Assembly (NCBI GenBank): GCA_015478665.1
Contig: JADMII010000001.1
Location: 183,537-247,536 of the forward strand
From: Dehalococcoidia bacterium
GTDB taxonomy: Bacteria; Chloroflexota; Dehalococcoidia; DSTF01; JACRBR01
Direction: 5' to 3'
DNA: 64,000 bases
The notes under the pieces are model-generated. The model was not told the origin of the DNA, did no database searches, and worked only from the letters and a program-made list of their open reading frames with translations. Of the stretch, positions 18,770-29,737 are shown piece after piece. Numbering within the stretch: position 1 is the stretch's first letter; each line of letters opens with the position of its first letter. A program made the translations under genes and the position numbers.

Positions 18770-19465
18770 GTGAATGTGACGGCAATCGAAACAGCATCGG
18801 TGACGTTCCCGGCGAACGGGATCGAGGGGATGGGGTATCTGGCCCGCCCGGGCGACGGCGGCGCGCATCCGGGTGTGATCGTGATCCAGGAGTGGTGGGG
18901 GCTCGACGAGCACATCAAGGATGTGGCGCGTCGGCTCGCCGGCGAGGGGTTCGTCGCACTGGCGCCGGACCTCTATCACGGCGAGTGCGCGACGGAACCG
19001 GACGAGGCGCGCAAGCTCGTGATGAACATGAACCGCGAGCAGGCGATGAAGGACCTCTCGGGTGCGGTGGCGCATCTGCGTTCTCTGCCGGAAGTGGCGC
19101 CGAAGAGGCTGGGCTGCATCGGCTTCTGCATGGGCGGCAGCCTGACGCTGGCGCTAGCGGTCGCGTCGCCGGAGATCGCGGCGGCGGCGCCGTTCTATGC
19201 GGGCATGCAGCCGCCGCCCGAACAGCTGGCCACGATCGAGGCCGAGGTCTTCGCGGCGTTCGGCGGCGACGACGGCGGCATCCCGCTCGGGAACGTCCGG
19301 AAGTTCGAGCAGGCGCTATCGGACGGGGGACGGAAGGCAGAGGTCAAGGTGTACCCGGGAGCGCCGCACTCGTTCTTCAACAACACGCGGCCGAGCTATC
19401 GGATGGAGGCGGCGCAGGACGCGTGGGCGAAGGCGCTATCGTTGTTCCGTCGTGCGCTGGTGTGA
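18770..19465 (+). CDS. Dienelactone hydrolase family protein
   Basis: IVIQEWWGLDEHIKDVARRLAGEGFVALAPDLYHG and a GFCMGG nucleophile elbow. GTG start. Confidence 0.75.
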   Translation: MNVTAIETASVTFPANGIEGMGYLARPGDGGAHPGVIVIQEWWGLDEHIKDVARRLAGEGFVALAPDLYHGECATEPDEARKLVMNMNREQAMKDLSGAVAHLRSLPEVAPKRLGCIGFCMGGSLTLALAVASPEIAAAAPFYAGMQPPPEQLATIEAEVFAAFGGDDGGIPLGNVRKFEQALSDGGRKAEVKVYPGAPHSFFNNTRPSYRMEAAQDAWAKALSLFRRALV

Positions 19466-19691
19466 GGCGCGGCCACGGGGAGCGCAGGGACGCGGGTCGG
19501 GGGTGACGGAGGCCGGAAGCCGGGGGGCCGGGGGGCCGGGGCGCCGGCGGGGGCGACGGGAACCGGCGATCGCGCAGACGCGCGCAAATGCTGGGTGAGG
19601 ATCCTCCTGTTCTCGGCGATGCTCCCGTCCTGAGTGAAGCGAAGGATCTCGCCGGCCGACGACCCGGCGTCCGCGAACGGCAGACCGACAC

Positions 19692-20555
19692 TCAGTGGGC
19701 GGCGGCGGGCCGGCCGGCGAGCTCCGGGTGGCCGGACCAGGTCCACGCGAGGTTGGTGCGGCTGCAGCCCATCAGCACGCCATGGAGCGTCGACGGGTGA
19801 AGGAAGATCCCCTCCGGATTCGGGCTCTCCGGGTCGCGGCCGGCGTAACGCACGCCGTGCGCGTTGCAACGCCGCGCGATGGCGCCGACGTCCTCCGCCT
19901 CGACGTAGCACATGTACAGCGTCTCGCCGCCGCGCCGCTGCATGAAGCGCCCCATCGGCCGCTGCCGGTCGGTGATCTGCGACAGCTCGATGCGGTCGAG
20001 GCGCTCCGGCGGATGGAACATCGTCAACTGGCCGGCGTAGCCGTACTGCTTGCTCGCGATCGGCACGAAGTTCGCGGCGTCGAGGCCGAACGTGTCGGCG
20101 TAGAAGCGCGCCGCCGCCGTATGGTCATCGACCAGGTTCGTCGCCTCGTAGAGGTAGCGGATGTCGCCGACCATCGGCCGCTCGACGTCGCGCGAGATCA
20201 CCATGCGCAGGCCCGGCGTCTGGTCGGGCGCGATGAAGAGTTGCTCGCCCTCGGCCGCGTACGCCAGCCGCTTGTCCTCGAGGCGTGACGCGAGCTTCGC
20301 GAGGCTCGCCGTCGAAAAGCCGGCGGCGAACAGGCCTTCGCCCCACGCTGCGAGGTAGTCGCGTACGGGGCCGTCGGCCGACGGCTCGAGCAGCTCGAAC
20401 TCGCTCGTCCCCGCGCGCACCACGCGGCGGCGGGCGCCGAGCGAGCGGACGTCGTCGTCGCCCGACGGCTCGGCGCCGAGGACGTCGATCAGGGTCTGCG
20501 CCGCGGCACCTCGGTCGCGGACGGCGAGCTGGACGCGGTCGACGTGTTCGAGCAT
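19692..20555 (-). CDS. VOC (glyoxalase/bleomycin-resistance/dioxygenase) family protein, two VOC domains
   Basis: Duplicated bab-fold pattern (MLEHVDRVQLAVRD..., GDIRYLYEATNLVDD...). GGAGG lies upstream of the ATG at 20555. Confidence 0.6.
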   Translation of the reverse strand: MLEHVDRVQLAVRDRGAAAQTLIDVLGAEPSGDDDVRSLGARRRVVRAGTSEFELLEPSADGPVRDYLAAWGEGLFAAGFSTASLAKLASRLEDKRLAYAAEGEQLFIAPDQTPGLRMVISRDVERPMVGDIRYLYEATNLVDDHTAAARFYADTFGLDAANFVPIASKQYGYAGQLTMFHPPERLDRIELSQITDRQRPMGRFMQRRGGETLYMCYVEAEDVGAIARRCNAHGVRYAGRDPESPNPEGIFLHPSTLHGVLMGCSRTNLAWTWSGHPELAGRPAAAH

Positions 20556-20701
20556 GAGACCTCCACGATCCGGGGAATACGGCGACGGCTCAGGCCGCAG
20601 CGACATCTTCGTACAGCGCGAGCGCCGGACGCAACCGGCAGCCGCGAGGCGACGCCAGGGCGTAGAATAGATGCGCTGCGCGGATGCGCGAGGAGGCGAG
20701 G

Positions 20702-21694
20702 ATGACGAACCCACGGACGACGCGCCCACCGGAGACCCGGGTCGAAGACGAAGGCGGCGCCGCCGCCGGCATCCGCTGGTTCCTGACGGTGCTGGCGTGG
20801 TTCCTGCTGATCCCGCCGTGGGGGTTCATCGTCTATTTCTACGCCGTCAAGATCGTATCCGAGTACGAACGCGGCGTGATCTTCCGCATGGGGCGGCTCG
20901 TCGGCGCCAAGGGACCCGGACTGTTCCTGATCCTGCCGATCGTCGACCGCATGGTGAAGATGGACCTGCGGACGGTGACGATGGACGTGCCGAGCCAGGA
21001 GTGCATCACGCGCGACAACGTGACGGTGAAGGTGAACGCCGTCATCTACTTCCGCGTCGTCAATCCGGAGGACGCCGTCGTGCGCGTGCTCGACCACTTC
21101 CGCGCGACGTCGCAGATCGCGCAGACGACGCTGCGCAGCGTCATCGGCCAGTCGGACCTCGACGAGCTGCTGTCCGAGCGCGAGCACATCAACGAGCGGC
21201 TGCAGAAGATCATCGACGAGCAGACGGAGCCGTGGGGCGTCAAGGTCTCGACGGTCGAGGTGAAGGACGTCGAGTTGCCGCAGAGCATGCAACGGGCGAT
21301 CGCCCGGCAGGCGGAGGCCGAGCGCGAGCGGCGGGCGAAGGTGATCAACGCCGATGGCGAACTGCAGGCTTCCGAGCGCCTGGCGGAGGCGGGCCGGATC
21401 ATGTCGGAGCAGCCGGCGACGCTGCAGCTGCGCTTCCTCCAGACGCTGTCCGAGGTGGCGACGGAGAAGAACAGCACGATCGTCTTCCCGGTGCCGGTCG
21501 ACCTGATCAACCTGCTGACCGCGAACCTTCGACGCAGCGACGGCGCGAACGACGGACCGCGCCCGCGCGTGCGCGTCGGGCCCAACGGCGCCTCGACGCC
21601 GCCCGCGAGCGAGGGCGGCGGGCCGGCAGGCGCCATCACCGCGCCGGCGAGCGAGCCGCCGGAGCCGCCGACGCGCGAGGGGACGGTGTCGTAG
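20702..21694 (+). CDS. SPFH/Band 7 (stomatin-like) domain protein
   Basis: N-terminal TM segment, an SPFH core ([12 protein letters not shown]...[13 protein letters not shown]) and a coiled-coil with an Ala/Pro-rich tail. Confidence 0.8.
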   Translation: MTNPRTTRPPETRVEDEGGAAAGIRWFLTVLAWFLLIPPWGFIVYFYAVKIVSEYERGVIFRMGRLVGAKGPGLFLILPIVDRMVKMDLRTVTMDVPSQECITRDNVTVKVNAVIYFRVVNPEDAVVRVLDHFRATSQIAQTTLRSVIGQSDLDELLSEREHINERLQKIIDEQTEPWGVKVSTVEVKDVELPQSMQRAIARQAEAERERRAKVINADGELQASERLAEAGRIMSEQPATLQLRFLQTLSEVATEKNSTIVFPVPVDLINLLTANLRRSDGANDGPRPRVRVGPNGASTPPASEGGGPAGAITAPASEPPEPPTREGTVS

Positions 21695-21754
21695 GGTCGG
21701 CAGGTCGCGGGGTGCGGGGCGCGGGGCGGATACGCCTGCGCGGGAACCGCAGCG

Positions 21755-22006
21755 TCACTTGCCTCGGCCGTGGCACTCCGCGCGCCGGACGGCGAGGCCG
21801 ACACCGAGATAGACGACAGCGGCGGCGAGCACGACGAGGGTCGCTTCGGTCCCCCAGGCGACGGCGCCGCGGTCGAAGACGGTGATCAGCGCGATGCCGA
21901 GGATGAGGCGCGCGATGGCGAAGAGGACGAGCGCGCGCACGACGCGGCGCGCACCCTCGCGTGCCGCCGCCCACGCCGATCGCCCGCGCGCCCATGCCAT
22001 CTGCAT
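21755..22006 (-). CDS. hypothetical small membrane protein (83 aa, two predicted TM helices)
   Basis: Hydrophobic stretches VVRALVLFAIARLILGIALITVF and TLVVLAAAVVYLGVGLAV. Convergent with the SPFH gene. Weak call. Confidence 0.25.
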   Translation of the reverse strand: MQMAWARGRSAWAAAREGARRVVRALVLFAIARLILGIALITVFDRGAVAWGTEATLVVLAAAVVYLGVGLAVRRAECHGRGK

Positions 22007-22237
22007 CGATGGAGTATACGATGCAGCGGCGGCAGCGGCGGCGGCGGCGCTCGATCGAGCCGCATCGCGTCAGCGTTGACCGGCGGGCGGACCGCGACGC
22101 GCGAACCCGGCGATCGGCGCCGTCGCAGGCGGCTCCCGGGGCGCGACGCACGCCGCATCATCGCCGGGCGACGGATGCGCACGAGAAGGGCGCCATCGGT
22201 CCGTCGCCGCCGGGACAGTGCGAAGGGGGAGTAGACG

Positions 22238-23185
22238 ATGACGATCGAGACGGTGCTCGGGCCGATCGAGCCGGCGCAGCTCGGGGTGACGCTGAGCCAC
22301 GAGCACGTGCTGGTGTCGATGGGCGAGGACAACCACCACTACCCGTGGCTGTTCGACTGGGATGTGACGCACGAGAACGCGATCCGCGAGCTGTGCGAGG
22401 CGAAGGCCGGCGGCATCGACAGCCTGATCGACCTGACCACGCCGGACCTCGGGCGCGATGTCGCCTTCGTCCGCGACGTCGCGGAGGCGTCCGGCATGCA
22501 CATCGTCGTCGCCACCGGGATCTGGCGTGATGTGCCGCGCTCGTTCTGGGCGCGCGACATCGACCGCATCGCCGACATCTTCGTGCACGAGATCGATATG
22601 GGGATCGGCGACAGTGGCGTCCGCGCCGGCGTGATCAAGGTGGCGAACGACATCGGCGGCGTCTCGCCCGAGGGGGAGCGCGTGCTGCGCGGCGCGGCGC
22701 GTGCCTGCAAGCGAACGGGCTGCCCGATCAGCACGCACCAGTGGGCGCCGGAAGAGGTCGGACGCCGGCAGGTGGAGATCCTCGCCGACGAGCGCGTGCC
22801 GATGGACCGCGTCTGCATCGGCCACAGCGCGGACACGACGGACGTCGGCTATCTGGAGTCGCTGCTGCGTGAAGGCGTGTACCTGTCGATGGACCGCTAT
22901 CCCGGGGCGGAGGGCCGGCCGACCTGGCGCGAGCGAAACGCGACGGTGCGGGCCCTCATCGACCGCGGCTGGGCGCACCGGCTGATGCTGGGGCACGACC
23001 ACGCGCCGGGCGCCATCTCCGTCGCGACGGTGCGCGGCGGCAGGGCGCGGCCCACGGAGATGACTCGCTACCGCTTCATCACGGACACGGCGATCCCGGC
23101 GCTCATCGCCGAAGGCGTGCCGCAGGCGACGATCGACGTGATGATGCGCGACGTGCCGCGCCGCTTCCTCAGCGGCGGCGAATAA
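22238..23185 (+). CDS. Phosphotriesterase family (PTE-like lactonase/aryldialkylphosphatase)
   Basis: LSHEHVLV N-terminal metal-binding motif and TIM-barrel amidohydrolase pattern. 315 aa. Confidence 0.75.
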   Translation: MTIETVLGPIEPAQLGVTLSHEHVLVSMGEDNHHYPWLFDWDVTHENAIRELCEAKAGGIDSLIDLTTPDLGRDVAFVRDVAEASGMHIVVATGIWRDVPRSFWARDIDRIADIFVHEIDMGIGDSGVRAGVIKVANDIGGVSPEGERVLRGAARACKRTGCPISTHQWAPEEVGRRQVEILADERVPMDRVCIGHSADTTDVGYLESLLREGVYLSMDRYPGAEGRPTWRERNATVRALIDRGWAHRLMLGHDHAPGAISVATVRGGRARPTEMTRYRFITDTAIPALIAEGVPQATIDVMMRDVPRRFLSGGE

Positions 23186-23414
23186 GCGGCCGAGACGCAC
23201 CACGATCGGCGCGAGCAGCTGGCGCACTCGACCACACAGTGTGCCGCCATGAACAGGACGCATCCGCAGCGGCGATCATGTATCTCCCTGCGCGTGAATC
23301 GGCTACGATCGCGCAGAGGCAGACCGCTCGCCGACTCGCGGGCGCGAGCGAGCGGCTGGACGAACAGCGGACGCTGCCCGGCGAGCGGCGGGCATCACCT
23401 GAAGGAGACGGATC

Positions 23415-24410
23415 ATGACACGACGTGTGTGCATCGGCGTGAACTGGCAGGGGGAGTTCGACCGCGAGCGGGTGTTCGAGCGCGTGAAGATCGCCGAGGA
23501 CGCCGGCGTCGACAGCGTCTTCGTCGCCGAGGCGTGGGGGCGCGACGCCTTCACGCTGCTGACGCAACTGGCGGAGCGGACGACGCGCATCAAGCTGGGC
23601 ACCGGCATCGTCAACTACTACTCGCGCAGTCCCGCCGCCCTCGCGCAGCACTTCGGCACGCTCGATGAGCTCAGCGAAGGGCGGATGATCATCGGCCTCG
23701 GCGCATCGAGCGCAAATGTCATCGAGCACTTCCACGGCATTCCCTTCAACCCGCCGCTGGCGCGCATGCGCGAGGTGGTGCAGATCATCAACATGCTGAT
23801 GGCCAACCAGCCCCTCGAGTTCAAGGGCAAGGTCTTCCACATGGAGCGCGGCTTCACGCTGCGCTTCCGCCCCGTGCGCGAGCACATCCCCGTCTACATC
23901 GCCTCGTTCCGGCCCGCCGCGACCAAGGTCGTCGCGCAGGTCGCGGATGGCTGGATGCCGACGATGGTGCCGATCCAGCGTGCGAAGCAGGAGACGGACA
24001 AGTTCCTCGGCTATGTCCGCGACGCCGGCCGCGACCCGTCGCAGATGACGGTGCGCTTCCTCGGCGTCACCGTCGCGAAGGATCGCGAGCGGGCGCTGCA
24101 GGCGGCCAAAGCCGGGACGGCGTTCTACATCGCGCGGATGGGCGACTTCTACTACCAGCAGCTGTCGGACATGGGCTTCGCCGACGAGGCCAACGCGATC
24201 CGGCGGGCGTGGAAGGAAGGCGGCTCCGGCGCCGGCATCGCCGCCGTCAGCGACGAGCTGTCGGACTCGCTCGGGTTCATCGGCGACGTCGACCAGTGCC
24301 GGGACCGGCTCGCGGAGGAGGAAGCGGCGGGGATCAACCTGCACAACGTCGGCGTCGCCGGCTACTCCGACGTCGAAGAAGGACGGATCTACGAGCAGCT
24401 GCTGAAGTAG
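23415..24410 (+). CDS. LLM-class (luciferase-like) flavin/F420-dependent oxidoreductase
   Basis: Bacterial luciferase-like TIM barrel pattern (FVAEAWGRDAFTLLTQLA...RIKLGTGIVN). Confidence 0.75.
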   Translation: MTRRVCIGVNWQGEFDRERVFERVKIAEDAGVDSVFVAEAWGRDAFTLLTQLAERTTRIKLGTGIVNYYSRSPAALAQHFGTLDELSEGRMIIGLGASSANVIEHFHGIPFNPPLARMREVVQIINMLMANQPLEFKGKVFHMERGFTLRFRPVREHIPVYIASFRPAATKVVAQVADGWMPTMVPIQRAKQETDKFLGYVRDAGRDPSQMTVRFLGVTVAKDRERALQAAKAGTAFYIARMGDFYYQQLSDMGFADEANAIRRAWKEGGSGAGIAAVSDELSDSLGFIGDVDQCRDRLAEEEAAGINLHNVGVAGYSDVEEGRIYEQLLK

Positions 24411-24753
24411 GCGAAGCTCGGCCGGGCTCCTCACGCACCAGCGGACGGACCCTGCGGGCCACCGCGGAGGGGCGCCGGCTGGCGCGCGGAGGCTCGCCCG
24501 ACGGGACTTCTGCCGCGTGCCCGATCGTCCTCCGCCGTCCTGTCCCATCGTCGGGCGCTCCGCCTGAGCCGCCGGCCCGGCCGGGGGATGGCACCGTGCA
24601 GCCGCCGGCGGCGACGATGCGTTGTCCAGTCGGGGGTTGAAGCTGCGGCCGATCCGGTGTACCGTCGGCTTCTCACAGCGATGGCTCCCCGCGCCAGGTA
24701 CGGACGTGACGGCAGGCGAAGGCGGCACGAATGCTCGGACGAGCGGCACGTCG

Positions 24754-26148
24754 ATGCCGCTCGCTCAGGGGAGGGCGCGTCGCGACGGCGATGCCGCTTC
24801 CGGGCGGCCGGCGGACGACGTGCGGCCCAGCGACGGCTCCCGGCGCGATGAGCGCGAAGGTGGTGCGTCGGACGCACGCTTGACGTCGATCGACATGCTG
24901 CGCGGGCTGGCGATCCTCTGGGTGATCCTGTTCCACCTCTGGGGCGACATCAAGTTCTTCCCGCCGGTGCCGCAGCACTACTACGCGCGCTTCGCGGTGC
25001 AGGTGCGCGACGGAGCTCCGTTGTGGCGCATCGCCACGTCGGTGACGGACATCGTCTTCCGCGACGGCTTCCAGGGCGTGCCGCTCTTCATGATGCTCAG
25101 CGGCCTGTCGCTGACGATGGTCGCCTATCGCCCCGGCGGCATCCGCGACTGGCCGCGCTTCTTCCTGCGACGCGCCCGAAAGCTCCTCGTCCCGTACTGG
25201 GTCGGCGTCGCGCTGACGTACCTCGTGCTGGCGCTCATCGCCTGGCGGCAGACGGTGGCGCCGGGTGATGCCGGCTTCGTGCAGCAGTTCCAGCATGGCA
25301 TCACGATCTCGCTGCACACGCGGCTGACGATCGACCGCGGGGTGATCTTCGCCAGCGTCGCGCTGGTGCCGCGGCTGCTCGAAGACCGCTGGTTCTTCGC
25401 GCCGCAGCTGGCGCTCTGGTTCGTCGGGCTGCTGGCGCAGTACTACCTCCTGTTCCCGCTGCTCTTCGCGCTGATGAAGCGCAGCGGACTCGTGCCGTTC
25501 CTGCTGCTGACGTTCGCGCTGACGGTCGGCGCCAACTGGTGGGTGCTGCATCGCTACCAGTATCTGGAGCTGCAGTTCCGGCTCGTGACCGGCTGGGCGC
25601 CGTTCCGGCTGTTCGAGTTCACGTCGGGCATGGCGATCGGCGCCATCCTCGCTGACCCGCAGCGGGCGTCGGTCCTGCGCCGCCTGCGGCGGCGCGAGGC
25701 GATCGTCGGCGCGCTCGTCCTCGGGTTCGCCGCGCACACCGGCGGCGACCTGATGATCGGCGATTGGGCGTTGGGAGCGTGGCAGGCGCTGGCCCTTCCG
25801 CTGACGACGCTGGGCCTGGCGCTGCTCATCGTGCCGGTTGTGACGAAGCTTCCGAGCAGGGTCGACCTCTGGGCGCCGTCGCGCGCGCTCGCGGCGGTGG
25901 GCCTGATGTCCTACACGGCGCTGCTCGTGAACGATCCGATGCGGCTCGTCGCGAGTCAGCTCCGGCTCGAGCAGGTGCCGGCGGCGGCGTGGTGGGCGTT
26001 CCTCGTGGGCGTCTACGTGCCGCTGACGCTGGTCGTCGCCTGGCCGCTGGCACGCCTCCTCGGGCTGCTGCCGAAGCGCTCCACGCGCCCGCGTGCGGAG
26101 CGCGTGGAGCGCGCCGATGAGGCGTTCGGCGGCGCGCCGGCCGGTTAG
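24754..26148 (+). CDS. Acyltransferase 3 (OafA/YrhL-like) family membrane protein with Arg/Gly-rich N-terminal extension
   Basis: Core starts at LTSIDMLRGLAILWVILFHLW with about 10 TM segments. Start ambiguous: TTG 24622, ATG 24754, TTG 24880 and ATG 24895 are all in frame. Confidence 0.65.
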   Translation: MPLAQGRARRDGDAASGRPADDVRPSDGSRRDEREGGASDARLTSIDMLRGLAILWVILFHLWGDIKFFPPVPQHYYARFAVQVRDGAPLWRIATSVTDIVFRDGFQGVPLFMMLSGLSLTMVAYRPGGIRDWPRFFLRRARKLLVPYWVGVALTYLVLALIAWRQTVAPGDAGFVQQFQHGITISLHTRLTIDRGVIFASVALVPRLLEDRWFFAPQLALWFVGLLAQYYLLFPLLFALMKRSGLVPFLLLTFALTVGANWWVLHRYQYLELQFRLVTGWAPFRLFEFTSGMAIGAILADPQRASVLRRLRRREAIVGALVLGFAAHTGGDLMIGDWALGAWQALALPLTTLGLALLIVPVVTKLPSRVDLWAPSRALAAVGLMSYTALLVNDPMRLVASQLRLEQVPAAAWWAFLVGVYVPLTLVVAWPLARLLGLLPKRSTRPRAERVERADEAFGGAPAG

Positions 26149-26225
26149 ATCGCCGGCGCCGCCAGACCGTCGCGCGCCGCCGCGCAGAACACCCGCGCAG
26201 ACGCCCCCCGGGCTTCGCCACCCAC

Positions 26226-26444
26226 TCAGCGCCAGAGGCGGACGACGACGTTCAGGACGATGGTCAGGACGACGCTGAGGATGATCGACGTGGCGACCGG
26301 GAAGGCGATGCGGATCCGCGCGCGTTCGATCGCCAGGTCGCCGGGCAGGCGGCCGAGGCCGATGGCGGCGGCAGCCCAGACGATGAGGCCGGCCACGACG
26401 AGCACGCCGCCGGCAAGCACCAGGGCGCCCGCGACACCGTTCAT
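26226..26444 (-). CDS. hypothetical small membrane protein (72 aa)
   Basis: Two hydrophobic helices (VAGALVLAGGVLVVAGLIVWAAAAIGL and FPVATSIILSVVLTIVLNVVV). ATG at 26444. Confidence 0.3.
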   Translation of the reverse strand: MNGVAGALVLAGGVLVVAGLIVWAAAAIGLGRLPGDLAIERARIRIAFPVATSIILSVVLTIVLNVVVRLWR

Positions 26445-26656
26445 ATCGACAGCGTAGCGAAACACGGCGCGTCGGTGGGCGCGGACGTGCGGCGACAAGC
26501 GGACGCCGCCAGCACCGACGTGATTGCGTCCGCGACAGTCATTCGCACGCCGGTCGACGGCCGGGCACGACCAGGCAGGCACGATGCAAGGCGACAGGCA
26601 TGCGTCCTCGCCAGCGGGCAGGTGGACGATCGCGCGACGGACTGTAGACTTTCGGG

Positions 26657-27855
26657 ATGGACCTCGACCTGCTCCGAGAGCTCTCCGTGCCCCACACCAC
26701 CAAGATCCTCCTGCTGGTGATCGACGGACTGGGCGGACTACCGAACGAGTCCGGCCGGTCGGAGCTCGAGCAGGCGAACATCCCCCACCTCGACCGCCTG
26801 GCGCAGGAGAGCATGTGCGGGCTCACGGTGCCGGTGGCGCCGGGCGTGACGCCCGGCAGCGGTCCGGGGCACCTCGCGCTCTTCGGCTACGACCCGGCCG
26901 TGTACACCGTCGGCCGCGGCGTGCTCGAGGCGCTGGGCATCGACTTCGACCTGCAACCGCAGGACGTCGCGGCGCGCGGCAATTTCTGCACGGTCGACGC
27001 GGACGGCCGCATCACCGACCGGCGCGCCGGCCGCATCCCCACGGCGCAGACGCTGCCGCTGTGCGAGATGCTGCGCGGCATCGAACTGCCGGGCGTGCAG
27101 GTGTTCGTCGAGCCGGTGCGCGACCACCGCTTCCTGCTCGTGCTGCGCGGCGAAGGGCTCTCCGACCGGCTGACCGAGACGGACCCGCAGCGCGAAGGCG
27201 AGAAGCCGCTGCCCGTACGGGCGACGGCGCCTGAAGCGGAAGCGACGGCGGCGCTCCTGAACCAGTTCGTCGCGCAGGCGGCGAAGCTGCTCGCCGGGCA
27301 CGAGCCGGCGAATATGCTCACCCTGCGCGGCTTGGCGAAGCGTCCGCCAATGCCGTCGATCGCCGAGGCGGGCAAGTTCCGCGCCGCCGCCATCGCGGCG
27401 TACCCGATGTATCGCGGGCTGGCGAAGCTCGTCGGCATGACCGTGCTGCCGACGGGCGTGGCCTTCGCCGATGAGCTGGCGACCCTCCGCCAGCACTGGG
27501 ATGCCTTCGACTTCTTCTTCATCCACTTCAAGAAGGCCGACGCCGCCGGCGAGGACGGCGACTTCCAGGCGAAGATGCGCGCGCTCGAGGAGGTCGACGG
27601 CTACATCGACGACCTCCACGCGATGCAGGCCGACGTACTGATGGTCGCTGGCGACCACTCGACGCCGGCGGTGCTCGCGGCGCACTCCTGGCACCCGGTG
27701 CCGTTCCTCCTGCACGCGCGCGAGTACGTGCAGATCGACGGCGCGGAGGCCTTCAACGAGCGCGCCTGCGCGCGCGGGTCGCTCGGCACGATGGCGGCGC
27801 GCGATGTGCTCTCGCTGGCGATGGCCTACGCCGGCCGGTTGACGAAGTACGGAGC

Positions 27856-27859
<4 letters not shown>
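26657..27859 (+). CDS. apgM: 2,3-bisphosphoglycerate-independent phosphoglycerate mutase, archaeal type
   Basis: ILLLVIDGLGG N-terminal metal-binding signature of ApgM/BPG-independent PGM_1 family. ATGA overlap with tpiA. Confidence 0.75.
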
Positions 27860-28628
<769 letters not shown>

Positions 28629-28629
<1 letters not shown>

Positions 28630-29555
28630 TGCGCGGTGAGCTGATCGCGATCGTCGGTGCGACGGCGACGGGCAAGACGGCGCTGGCCGTCGCCTTGTCC
28701 GAGGCGGTCGGCGGCGAGGTGATCAACGCCGACTCGCGGCAGGTCTACCGCGGCATGGACATCGGCACCGCGAAGCCGAGCGCCGCCGAGCAGGCCGCAG
28801 CGCGTCATTGGGTCATCGACCGCGTGGCGCCCGACCAGCCCTACACCCTGGCCTCGTTCCTCGATGACGCGCGCGCGGCGATCGCCGACATCGCCGGCCG
28901 CGGGCGGACGCCGATCGTCGCCGGCGGCACGGGGCAGTACGTCTGGGCGCTGCTCGAGGGCTGGCGGGTGCCACGGGTGCCGCCGGACATCACCCTCCGG
29001 CAGGAGCTGGAGGCGCTGGCGGCGCGCGCCGGGGCCGGCGCCGTCGCGACGCTCCTCCGCGCGGAGGATCCGGAGAGCGCCGACAGCATCGACCGGCGCA
29101 ACGTGCGCCGCATGATCCGGGCGATCGAGGTGACGCGCTCGAGCGGGCGGCGCTTCAGCGAGTGGCAGGTGAAGGACGGGCCGCCGGCGGACGACCTCCG
29201 CATCGTCGGGCTCTCGCTGGCGCGCGATGCCCTCTACGCCCGCATCGACGCGCGTGTGGACGCGATGCTCGCCGCCGGTCTCGCGGCCGAGGTGGCGGCG
29301 CTGATCGCCGCCGGCTACGACTGCGATCTGCCGGCGATGAGCGGCATCGGTTACCGCCAGATGTGCGGGTATCTGCGCGGCGAGACGTCGCTCGATGCCG
29401 CGGCGGCCGAGATGAAGACGGAGACGCACAGGCTGACGCGGATGCAGCACGCCTGGTTTCGGCGCGACGACGCGCGCATCGCCTGGCTCGATGCCTCGGC
29501 GCCGGATGTCGTCGGCCAGGCTCTGCATATCGTTCGGCGAGCGGCTGCCTCATAA
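28629..29555 (+). CDS. miaA: tRNA dimethylallyltransferase
   Basis: P-loop GATATGKT and INADSRQVYRGMDIGTAKP. TGATG overlap with tpiA. Confidence 0.85.
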
Positions 29556-29737
29556 GCCGGCGTGCGCCCGGCGCCGACGCGCAGGGCCGTGACCGCTGCC
29601 ACGGAATCGTAAGGTTTTCGCATTCGAGCGGCGAGCCGGACGCTACAGCTTGGTATCGGTGGCGCGCGGAGGACGCCGGGTGGCCGACCGCGAGCGTAGA
29701 CTGCGAGTAACGGAGGCTCGCGTGATCGGAGGAACTG

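Noticed and set aside
21755-22006. 83-aa ORF as a short-form NfeD partner of the SPFH protein
   Set aside because: It is too short to contain the NfeD OB-fold beta-barrel after two TM helices, and it is convergent rather than co-oriented with the SPFH gene. It is kept only as a low-confidence hypothetical membrane protein.
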